The translations under genes and the position numbers were made by a program. Of a stretch of 64,000 bases of DNA, positions 56,331 to 64,000 are shown one piece after another; position 1 is the stretch's first letter, and each line of letters starts with the position of its first letter. The notes beneath the pieces were generated by a model. That model was given only the letters and a program-made list of their open reading frames with translations, ran no database searches and was not told where the DNA came from. Source of the stretch: Candidatus Gottesmanbacteria bacterium (GTDB taxonomy: Bacteria; Patescibacteriota; Microgenomatia; UBA10105; UBA927); NCBI GenBank assembly GCA_963711735.1, contig CAVQFA010000003.1:470966-534965 (forward strand), given 5' to 3'.

Positions 56331-56744
56331 ATGAAGATTTCTATATATTGGATACCATCCGTATTTTGGATGTGTGTAATTTTCTTTTTTTCATCCAGAT
56401 CACGAATTCAGGTTGCTGATACGTACACTGTAAATTTCATCTTTTTTAAGACGTTGCATGTTTTAGAATATGCGTTATTGTTTCTTTTTAACACACGCGC
56501 TTTTCGGTATACATTTCCGGGAATTCGTCAGTCTTCACTGTATACCGCATCGTTTCTTGCCACAATCGGATTTGCGTTTACCGATGAGCTGCATCAGTTA
56601 TATGTTCCGACACGCGAAGGAAGGCTCCGTGATGTTATAATCGATGCCGGAGGAATATTGCTGTCATGGATGATTTTAACGTATATACTACCAAAAATGC
56701 CGAAGAAACTCAGAGACTTGGCTCACGTTTTGCATCTCATATAA
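56331..56744 (+). CDS. VanZ-like family membrane protein
   Basis: FTDELHQLYVPTREGRLRDVIIDAGGILL matches the VanZ family. The ORF is open from 56286, but Met 56331 was chosen. Confidence 0.6.
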   Translation: MKISIYWIPSVFWMCVIFFFSSRSRIQVADTYTVNFIFFKTLHVLEYALLFLFNTRAFRYTFPGIRQSSLYTASFLATIGFAFTDELHQLYVPTREGRLRDVIIDAGGILLSWMILTYILPKMPKKLRDLAHVLHLI

Positions 56745-57121
56745 TACAATACCGGCAGAAACACAAAAATAACCACGCATATGTAATTGCGCTTTCCGGG
56801 GAACTTGGCAGTGGGAAAACAACTTTTATTCAGGGAATTGCCCGTGGGCTCGGGATTACAGGCCGTATATTATCTCCGTCTTTCGTTCTTCTCCGCATTC
56901 ATAGGTCAGATGTGTCTCTTTACCATATCGATCTATACAGAATTAAATCACGTGAAGAAGTAAATTTTAATATTGAAGAATATATTGCTGATTCCGCATC
57001 GGTTATATGCATAGAATGGCCTGAAATAGTCAAAAAACTTCTTCCTTCGGATACAATCTATATTAAGATGAACACATTGGAGTCAGGGATACATACGCTG
57101 ACAAGCTCAGTCCATATATGA
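56666..57121 (+). CDS. tsaE: tRNA threonylcarbamoyladenosine biosynthesis protein TsaE
   Basis: P-loop VIALSGELGSGKTTFIQGIARGLGI. Confidence 0.8.
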   Translation: MDDFNVYTTKNAEETQRLGSRFASHIIQYRQKHKNNHAYVIALSGELGSGKTTFIQGIARGLGITGRILSPSFVLLRIHRSDVSLYHIDLYRIKSREEVNFNIEEYIADSASVICIEWPEIVKKLLPSDTIYIKMNTLESGIHTLTSSVHI

Positions 57122-57705
57122 TCAATCATCCAACCAGAGAGGAAATTCTGCATACAGGAGATGTATTAGCTGAAGGAGGAATAGCAATATTTCCGACAGA
57201 TACAGCATTCGGGATAGGATGCCGTATTGATCGTGATGATTCTCTGAAACGATTGTTTACAATCCGGAAAAGACCGCTCAATCAAGCTATTCCGGTTCTC
57301 GTTTCGTCCGTAGAAATGGCACTGAGGTATTTTGATAATCCATCCGGTGAAACGGTTAAGCTTATGCGCACATATTGGCCGGGAGCTCTTACTGTTATTT
57401 CGTCATGTAAGAAAGAGCATCGTTTAACATATACAGGTGGTAATACGATCGGACTTCGGATGCCCGATTATACGGATATGCTTTCAATTATTTCCAGAGT
57501 CGGAGTGGGAGTGGCAGGCCCATCCGCAAATTTTCACGGGGGAAAAACACCCTATATATTTGATGAACTTGATCAGAATCTGGTACGCCTCGCAGACACT
57601 GTCCTTTACGGTGTTGGTAAAACAGGAAATGTGTCGACAGTAGTTGATTGCTCCGTAATACCATATAAAATTTTACGGAAAGGAGCAATTGAGTTAAACG
57701 TATGA
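57118..57705 (+). CDS. tsaC: L-threonylcarbamoyladenylate synthase (YrdC/Sua5 family)
   Basis: AIFPTDTAFGIGC motif and the YrdC fold length. Confidence 0.8.
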   Translation: MINHPTREEILHTGDVLAEGGIAIFPTDTAFGIGCRIDRDDSLKRLFTIRKRPLNQAIPVLVSSVEMALRYFDNPSGETVKLMRTYWPGALTVISSCKKEHRLTYTGGNTIGLRMPDYTDMLSIISRVGVGVAGPSANFHGGKTPYIFDELDQNLVRLADTVLYGVGKTGNVSTVVDCSVIPYKILRKGAIELNV

Positions 57706-58043
57706 AAACTTGTGTTCTCACTATTGATGCATCATCTTCCGACATTGTTCAAATTTCGGTCAGAACCAATTCCGGTGTTTTTCATAGCGGGATTCCTATA
57801 CACAAACATTCCTCACGGATGATAGTTTCGGGTATTGAGAAGCAACTCCTGGCACATTCAGTAGCGCTTTCGGATTTAACAGGGGTAGAGGTGCACAAAG
57901 GCCCCGGTTCTTTCACGGGTCTGAGAGTCGGTGCGGTCATTGGCCAGATGCTGGGTTTATTGTTGGAGATTCCTGTTAATAAGAAGGACCCAAAAAAGAC
58001 AGTTGTTCTTACGTATGACAAGAGCGCGTTTGATAAAAAGTGA
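57702..58043 (+). CDS. tsaB: TsaB (YeaZ-like) short form, N-terminal ASKHA domain only
   Basis: GPGSFTGLRVGAVIGQ motif. Only 113 aa. Confidence 0.7.
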   Translation: MKTCVLTIDASSSDIVQISVRTNSGVFHSGIPIHKHSSRMIVSGIEKQLLAHSVALSDLTGVEVHKGPGSFTGLRVGAVIGQMLGLLLEIPVNKKDPKKTVVLTYDKSAFDKK

Positions 58044-58085
58044 CATCTGGAATTTTCCGTCCGCTCACGATATGATGATAGTATC

Positions 58086-59126
58086 ATGAAGGAATGGATT
58101 GCTCACTATTTCACCCCGCACCACACAAATAACCACAGGGCAAGGGTATTGCATATAGATGCACTCTTTTTTTATGCGATATTTTTCTTATGTACGTATG
58201 TCATATCACAATCGCTTTATCATAATGCTCCGGAAGTGCTCGGATATGCCACAGACATTTATGTAGACCAGCTCTTATCATCCACCAATACGCAAAGACA
58301 ATCAGCAGGACTTCCACCTCTTTCATTAAACAGCCAATTATCTCAGGCAGCCGCCGCAAAAGCACAAAACATGTTTTCCAATAATTATTGGTCGCATACC
58401 GGTCCTAACGGTCAAACACCATGGAATTTTATTACCGCTTCAGGATATAAGTATACGGTAGCCGGTGAAAATCTCGCTAAAAACTTTTCAAACACTCAGG
58501 GTGTGGTTGATGCATGGATGGCATCACCTACACACAGAGATAATATCCTCAAGTCACAGTATAAAGATGTGGGTTTTGCAGTAGTCAACGGTGTTTTGAA
58601 CGGTGAAGAAACGACACTGGTTGTTCAGATGTTCGGAGCGTCGCAAAGCGTAATAGCCGCAAAACCGATTGCGGTTGAAGTACCTGCTCAATCAGTTGAA
58701 GCGGCTGAACTTTCATCCGAAGAAAAGAAGACAATCCCCCCTCTGGTAATAACACCCACAATTTCGGTAAAACCCGCAATCGGTATTGCATCGAACTTAC
58801 CCCAATCACCCACACCGATCCCCAAAATGGCAATTGCAGAGACACGGGCGGGAAATAACAATGAATATCAGCTTGGAGAATATAATACATCCCAAGGAAG
58901 CACTTCAATGGGCCTTACATTGAAACCTTTCATACAGATGCCCATTTTTTCTCGGTGGCTTACGCTTATTTTTGGAGTATTTATGATAACAATTCTCGCA
59001 TTGGACGGCTATATCGCACACAAGAAAAAGGTAATCAGAGTATCAGGGCATAATATAGGGCATATCATATTTATTGCCTCAATTGTATATATCTCTCTTA
59101 TATTGAAAGCCGGCAGCATAATATGA
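58086..59126 (+). CDS. CAP (SCP/PR-1-like, YkwD-type) domain protein with N-terminal TM, Pro-rich linker and C-terminal TM helices
   Basis: YWSHTGPNGQTPWNF...GENLAKNF...WMASPTHRDNIL matches CAP-domain signatures. Confidence 0.7.
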   Translation: MKEWIAHYFTPHHTNNHRARVLHIDALFFYAIFFLCTYVISQSLYHNAPEVLGYATDIYVDQLLSSTNTQRQSAGLPPLSLNSQLSQAAAAKAQNMFSNNYWSHTGPNGQTPWNFITASGYKYTVAGENLAKNFSNTQGVVDAWMASPTHRDNILKSQYKDVGFAVVNGVLNGEETTLVVQMFGASQSVIAAKPIAVEVPAQSVEAAELSSEEKKTIPPLVITPTISVKPAIGIASNLPQSPTPIPKMAIAETRAGNNNEYQLGEYNTSQGSTSMGLTLKPFIQMPIFSRWLTLIFGVFMITILALDGYIAHKKKVIRVSGHNIGHIIFIASIVYISLILKAGSII

Positions 59127-59377
59127 ATAAAAAATTTAAATTTATACACTTAATCGTTCTTATTATAATATTATTTTCCGGTATTGCGACGTTTATATCT
59201 CTCGCACCTAACAGACAACTGCAATTCATAGTCGGTATTGCCACGAGTGTTGCTTATGTATTATGGGGTATTCTTCACCACTCGATATCCGGTGACTTAC
59301 ATAAGAAAATTGTGGTAGAATATATTCTCATCAGCAGTATTGCCGTGCTTCTTTTGTGTATTGTCTTTTTTGATTAA
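59123..59377 (+). CDS. small two/three-TM membrane protein (DUF2304-like), often found beside glycosyltransferase/rhamnose loci
   Basis: 84 aa, all hydrophobic helices. 4-nt overlap with the upstream gene. Confidence 0.45.
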   Translation: MNKKFKFIHLIVLIIILFSGIATFISLAPNRQLQFIVGIATSVAYVLWGILHHSISGDLHKKIVVEYILISSIAVLLLCIVFFD

Positions 59378-59386
59378 AGAGGTTAT

Positions 59387-60127
59387 ATGAAAGGAATTAT
59401 TCTTGCGGGAGGATTGGCTACACGACTTCGCCCCTTAACACTTGTCACAAACAAGCACCTTTTGCCGATTTATCATAAACCGATGATATATTATGCGCTT
59501 GAAGCAATGAAAATGGCCGGGATTAAGGAAGTATTGCTTACATCATCACCGGATCATGGGGGTCATTTTGCAAATTTACTGAAAGCCGGTGAGGATTTCG
59601 ACCTTAGGTTGTATTATGCAATCCAAAAAAATCCTAAAGGTGGTATAGCAGATGCGATTCTTCTCGGTGAAGAGTTTGCTCATCACGAACCAATTCTTGT
59701 TGTATTGGGTGATAATATATTTCTCCACCCTCTGAAGCATTCTGTTGATGAGTTCGAAAAAACCGGAACAGGTGCAGTCGTTTTTGGTGTACATAAGGAT
59801 ACACAGTCAAAACAGTACGGGGTTATAGAAATTACCAAAGAAGGCAGAGTGCTTTCTATAGAAGAAAAACCGGACCACCCCAAATCCGATATCGCCCAAA
59901 CGGGCATTTACATGTATGACGAGAAAGTATTTGAATATATAAAAACACTCAAACCATCACTTACCCGGGGTGAGCTTGAAGTAACAGATTTGAACAACAT
60001 ATATTTATCTAAAGGACAGCTTCGGTGTGAAATAATCGATTGGTGGGTCGATGCCGGAACATCATTTGACGAGCTTCTCTCTGCAAACAATCTGGTTGCG
60101 GGTATGGTGCGTGAGGGCAAATTATGA
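59387..60127 (+). CDS. rmlA: glucose-1-phosphate thymidylyltransferase (short form)
   Basis: MKGIILAGGLATRLRPLTLVTNKHLLPIYHKPMIYY is nearly colinear with the E. coli RmlA N-terminus. Confidence 0.75.
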   Translation: MKGIILAGGLATRLRPLTLVTNKHLLPIYHKPMIYYALEAMKMAGIKEVLLTSSPDHGGHFANLLKAGEDFDLRLYYAIQKNPKGGIADAILLGEEFAHHEPILVVLGDNIFLHPLKHSVDEFEKTGTGAVVFGVHKDTQSKQYGVIEITKEGRVLSIEEKPDHPKSDIAQTGIYMYDEKVFEYIKTLKPSLTRGELEVTDLNNIYLSKGQLRCEIIDWWVDAGTSFDELLSANNLVAGMVREGKL

Positions 60128-60597
60128 TCCTCGGTGTTGCCACGAAACAATTGGAAAGGCATCCTGACGAACGGGGTTTTTTTGAAGAAGTGATCCGCAA
60201 TTCCGACCCTCTTTTTTCCGAAGGTTTTATGCAATTATCCCATTCGTACATGTTGGACGGAGTGGTAAAAGCATGGCATATCCATAAAACCCAGGTAGAT
60301 TGGTGGTTTGTCGTTAAAGGAACGGTAAAGGTTGCGCTGTACGACTACAGACAGGAATCCATAACGTACAAAGAAATCAATGAATTTGTAATTGGTGAAA
60401 AAGGAGAGCAAATTGTGGTAAAAATTCCTTCAGGTGTGGCGCACGGATTGAAAGTTATGCAAGGACCGGCAGATCTCGTATATATTACAAGCTCCTTCTA
60501 CTCGAAGGAAGAAGAAGGCCGTATACCATATGACGATCCGACAATTGGATACGATTGGATTCAGGGAAAAACAATCACGAATACAAATATCACATAA
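60124..60597 (+). CDS. rmlC: dTDP-4-dehydrorhamnose 3,5-epimerase (cupin)
   Basis: HPDERGFFEEV...WHIHK motif region of RmlC. Confidence 0.75.
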   Translation: MILGVATKQLERHPDERGFFEEVIRNSDPLFSEGFMQLSHSYMLDGVVKAWHIHKTQVDWWFVVKGTVKVALYDYRQESITYKEINEFVIGEKGEQIVVKIPSGVAHGLKVMQGPADLVYITSSFYSKEEEGRIPYDDPTIGYDWIQGKTITNTNIT

Positions 60598-60633
60598 TAA
60601 AACCGGGCACATAGCAAGGATATTTTTTTCAGT

Positions 60634-61668
60634 ATGAATGAATATTCACCAAAAATATTATTTGTAACAGGAGGAGCAGGGTTTATAGGATCCAACTTCA
60701 TTTTATATTGGTTGAGAGAACATCCTGATGATAAAATCATAAACTTCGATCTGCTTACATATGCAGGTAATTTGGAAAATCTTATATCTGTTCAGAAAAA
60801 TCCCCGGTATTCGTTTGTTCATGGGGATATCAGGAATTCCCAAAGTGTTAAACAGGCAATGCGCAGTGCCGATACGGTAGTTCATTTTGCAGCAGAAAGT
60901 CACGTCGACAGATCCATACATGATCCGAGTCCTTTTATTACGACAAATATTGTCGGAACACATATACTCCTGGAAGCTGCAATAGAACTTGGGATTACAC
61001 GGTTCCATCATATATCGACAGATGAAGTCTTTGGATCTCTGTCCCTGGATTCAAAGGATAAATTTTCCGAAGTGACACGGTATAATCCGCACAGCCCATA
61101 TTCCGCGTCTAAAGCTTCTTCCGATCATTTAGTCCGGGCATACTTTGATACATTCAATCTTCCGATAACTATAAGCAATTGTTCCAATAATTACGGACCA
61201 TATCAGTTTCCGGAAAAATTTATACCTCTTACGATTACCAATGTATTGGAAAAAAAGAACATTCCGATATACGGAGATGGTAAATATGTCCGCGACTGGT
61301 TATATGTTGAGGATCATTGTCGCGCAATTGATGTAATTTTACATAAAGGTCAGGTCGGTGAAACATATTGTATCGGTGGTCAAACAGAGGTAATAGATAA
61401 TATATCGATAGCAAGGATGATATGTAAGGGAATGGGTGTGGATGATTCCTGTATACAATTAGTGAAAGACAGACCATCACATGACCGGCGATATGCAGTA
61501 GACTCAACAAAGATACAAAAAGAACTCGGGTGGAAACCCATGCATGATTTTTCTGAGTATATTATAAAAACTATTGATTGGTACCGTACAAACGAGTCAT
61601 GGTGGAAAAATATTAAAACCGGTAGTTATATGTCTTACTATGCCAAACAATACGGCAGTTCATTATGA
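60634..61668 (+). CDS. rmlB: dTDP-glucose 4,6-dehydratase
   Basis: ILFVTGGAGFIGSNF Rossmann motif, YxxxK, and the typical 344-aa length. Confidence 0.85.
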   Translation: MNEYSPKILFVTGGAGFIGSNFILYWLREHPDDKIINFDLLTYAGNLENLISVQKNPRYSFVHGDIRNSQSVKQAMRSADTVVHFAAESHVDRSIHDPSPFITTNIVGTHILLEAAIELGITRFHHISTDEVFGSLSLDSKDKFSEVTRYNPHSPYSASKASSDHLVRAYFDTFNLPITISNCSNNYGPYQFPEKFIPLTITNVLEKKNIPIYGDGKYVRDWLYVEDHCRAIDVILHKGQVGETYCIGGQTEVIDNISIARMICKGMGVDDSCIQLVKDRPSHDRRYAVDSTKIQKELGWKPMHDFSEYIIKTIDWYRTNESWWKNIKTGSYMSYYAKQYGSSL

Positions 61669-62543
61669 ATATTATAGGCACTGGTTTATCAGGTCTGGTG
61701 GGGTCGAGGGTTGTGGAACTGTTACGTTCAAAACATCAATTTACAAATATAAGCTTGGAAACGGGTACAGATATAACAAATAAGGCGGAATTAGAGAAAG
61801 CTATTGTTTCCTCGGATGCACCTATCATATTTCATTTTGCTGCAGCAACGGACGTAGACAGTGTTGAAAAAGAGAAAAGTTTGGGTGTAAACGGGAATGC
61901 ATGGAAAGTAAATGTTGAAGCAACCGCTCATATTGCTGATTTGTGTAAAAAAACAGGAAAAAAACTTCTATATATTTCCACAGACTATGTATTTTCCGGT
62001 AAAAAGGAAAAATATTCCGAAGAAGATACACCGGACCCCGTCGGTTGGTATGGTGTGACGAAATATGAAGGGGAAAAAGCTGTCAAAGCTCTTGGACAAG
62101 GAGGATTAATCATTCGGATAGCTAATCCATACAGGGCTGCATTTGCACATAAATCAGATTTTGTCAGACGTATAATCGATCGGTTATCAAAAGGAGAAAG
62201 GATTCGTTCTCCTTATGACCAAATTTTTGTTCCGACATTTATAGATGATATTGCATTCGCTATCGACGTTCTGATCGGAGAAAATGCATGTGGTCTTTTT
62301 CATGTTGTCGGAGCCAATGCTATATCTCCGTTTGATGCCTGTTTAGAAATCTGTACCGTGTTTTCATTACCCGGGCATATGGTAGAAAAAACGGTTTTTG
62401 CTGAATATTTTAAAGGACGTGCAGAGAGACCCTTACATGCTCATTTGGGACATGTTAAAATAGCCAAATACAACGTAATTATGAAATCATTTCATGAAGG
62501 ATTATCAGAGATGAAAAGGCAATTAGAGGAGAACACAGTATGA
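61665..62543 (+). CDS. rmlD: dTDP-4-dehydrorhamnose reductase
   Basis: Short-chain dehydrogenase N-terminus, RmlD length, and its position after rmlB. Confidence 0.7.
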   Translation: MNIIGTGLSGLVGSRVVELLRSKHQFTNISLETGTDITNKAELEKAIVSSDAPIIFHFAAATDVDSVEKEKSLGVNGNAWKVNVEATAHIADLCKKTGKKLLYISTDYVFSGKKEKYSEEDTPDPVGWYGVTKYEGEKAVKALGQGGLIIRIANPYRAAFAHKSDFVRRIIDRLSKGERIRSPYDQIFVPTFIDDIAFAIDVLIGENACGLFHVVGANAISPFDACLEICTVFSLPGHMVEKTVFAEYFKGRAERPLHAHLGHVKIAKYNVIMKSFHEGLSEMKRQLEENTV

Positions 62544-63838
62544 CAGTTTCGTTTATAGGACACGGGTATGTCGGTCTGGTAACCGCAGCGGTATTTGCAG
62601 ATTTAGGGAATACCGTATGGGTTGTCGGTCGTCATAAAGAAAAAATTGAAAATTTAAAAAAGGGCATCACACCGTTTTTCGAACCCGGATTAACTGAACT
62701 CGTAAAAAGAAATGTTGAAGCAGGAAGGCTGATATTTACTTTGTCATACGAAAATGCCGTAAAGCCGAGTAATATTATTTTTATTTGTGTCGGCACTCCC
62801 TCAAAAACATCCGGTGAAGCGGATTTAACAGACGTTTTTTCCGCAGCACGCGAGATAGGAAAAACAATGATCGGGTATAAAGTAGTAGTTACAAAAAGTA
62901 CGGTTCCACCCGGAACAAATAAAAAAGTTACAGAGATACTGAACCGGAATAAACAGGAAGGGACATCATTTTCTATAGCGTCTGTTCCGGAATTTCTTCG
63001 GGAGGGTACGGCTATTTCAGATACGCTTCATCCCGATAGGGTTGTTATTGGTACGACCTCCGAACGGGCGGCAAAACTGCTTCTGGAGCTTCATAAACCC
63101 ATAGACGGAAAAACGGTTCTCTGTAATGTAGAAACCGCTGAACTTATTAAGTACGCATCGAATTCCATGCTTTCAGTTAAAATATCATTTGCCAATGCCA
63201 TATCTGTTATTTCTGAAAAAGTCGGGGCGGATGTAGAGAAGGTGCTTGAAGGAGTGGGACTTGACAAAAGAATCGGAAGAAACTTTTTATATCCGGGTGT
63301 CGGGTATGGAGGTAGTTGTTTTCCGAAGGATGTAAAAGCACTTATTGCACTTGCAAATCAATATGGATATGATTTTCAGCTCCTCAAGTCCGTAGAGGAA
63401 ATAAATAAGAATGCCAGAAAATTATTTGTCAAAAAAATTATTAACCATTTTAACGGTACATTAAAAAACATAACGATAGGTGTGTTGGGATTATCGTTTA
63501 AACCGGATACGGATGACATGAGAGAAGCTCCTTCTATAGATATCATCCACGAATTATCACAAAAAGGAGCAAAAATAATTGCTTATGATCCCGAAGCAAC
63601 AGAAAACGCCAAAAAAGTGATAAAAGATACCGTCATATATGTAGATAGCGCGTATGATGTATCCAAAGGAGCAGATGCAGTGATTGTCATTACGGAATGG
63701 AATGAGTTCCGTCAGCTGGATCTTGTTAAGCTTGCAAAACACATGAAGCAAATGATTTTATTTGACGGAAGAAACATATATGATCCTGAAACAGTAAAAA
63801 AACTTGGCTTTATTTATTATGCCGTCGGGAGAATGTAA
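62540..63838 (+). CDS. ugd: UDP-glucose 6-dehydrogenase family protein
   Basis: FIGHGYVGLVTAAVFADLGN N-terminus, catalytic Cys region GGSCFPKD, and the 432-aa length. Confidence 0.85.
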   Translation: MTVSFIGHGYVGLVTAAVFADLGNTVWVVGRHKEKIENLKKGITPFFEPGLTELVKRNVEAGRLIFTLSYENAVKPSNIIFICVGTPSKTSGEADLTDVFSAAREIGKTMIGYKVVVTKSTVPPGTNKKVTEILNRNKQEGTSFSIASVPEFLREGTAISDTLHPDRVVIGTTSERAAKLLLELHKPIDGKTVLCNVETAELIKYASNSMLSVKISFANAISVISEKVGADVEKVLEGVGLDKRIGRNFLYPGVGYGGSCFPKDVKALIALANQYGYDFQLLKSVEEINKNARKLFVKKIINHFNGTLKNITIGVLGLSFKPDTDDMREAPSIDIIHELSQKGAKIIAYDPEATENAKKVIKDTVIYVDSAYDVSKGADAVIVITEWNEFRQLDLVKLAKHMKQMILFDGRNIYDPETVKKLGFIYYAVGRM

Positions 63839-63866
63839 TTATATAGTATGATCAGTAAGGAGGAAT

Positions 63867-64000
63867 ATGAATACTAAGAAAATTCTGATAACTGGGATTG
63901 CAGGTTTTGTCGGAAGTCATCTGGCTGAGCTTCTGTTGTCCAAAGGATACGAAGTGTATGGTATGTGCAGACCAAGAAGCAAAATGGACCATATTGAGCA
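63867..64000 (+). CDS. NAD-dependent epimerase/dehydratase (GDP-mannose 4,6-dehydratase-like), 3'-truncated by the window end
   Basis: SD AAGGAGG upstream. [28 protein letters not shown] Rossmann N-terminus. Confidence 0.6.
   Translation, partial: MNTKKILITGIAGFVGSHLAELLLSKGYEVYGMCRPRSKMDHIE

Overview
This 64-kb window comes from a moderately AT-rich bacterial genome, probably an uncultivated or reduced lineage. Class I LysRS, a short TsaB and a DUF2207-type Gly-tailed protein are present, yet so is a complete de novo purine operon. Most of the window is tightly packed housekeeping DNA. A long co-directional plus-strand block runs greA, lysK (class I LysRS with a C-terminal B3/4 domain), rdgB, serS, a spermidine-synthase-like methyltransferase, secA and a PRTase. 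It continues into an 11-gene purine operon (purF-N-H-D-L-Q-A-B-E-C-M) at 24.0-38.2 kb. Downstream are a DUF362 protein, a stand-alone response-regulator receiver domain, a DmpA-type peptidase, a minus-strand MacAB-like efflux operon whose ATPase is frameshifted, rnhB, ruvCAB, an NRAMP transporter and prfB. These are followed by ftsEX plus an FtsX-adjacent M23 peptidase whose LytM domain appears circularly permuted, a t6A cluster (tsaE-tsaC-tsaB) and a dTDP-rhamnose/ugd surface-polysaccharide locus. The most unusual part is upstream of these, at about 6.9-14.5 kb. It is a low-GC, roughly 7.5-kb accessory segment of five single-gene cargo units: an AT-rich secreted protein with DUF5648-like repeats, a 604-aa unknown, a 181-aa unknown on the opposite strand, a radical SAM enzyme and a 262-aa membrane-anchored unknown. 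Each unit is followed by a member of one repeat family, and every repeat begins with a copy of the 3' end of the adjacent tRNA-Glu(CUC) gene. Two copies are perfect 162-bp direct repeats and carry a structured hairpin module and a perfect bidirectional terminator. This looks like tandem accretion of integrase-less mini-cassettes at a tRNA attachment site, or a tRNA-derived cassette-boundary element. I could not match it to a described system from sequence alone. Two genes appear frameshifted: a metzincin protease at 1010-2027 and the MacB-like ATPase at 43591-44260. Both need read-level confirmation.
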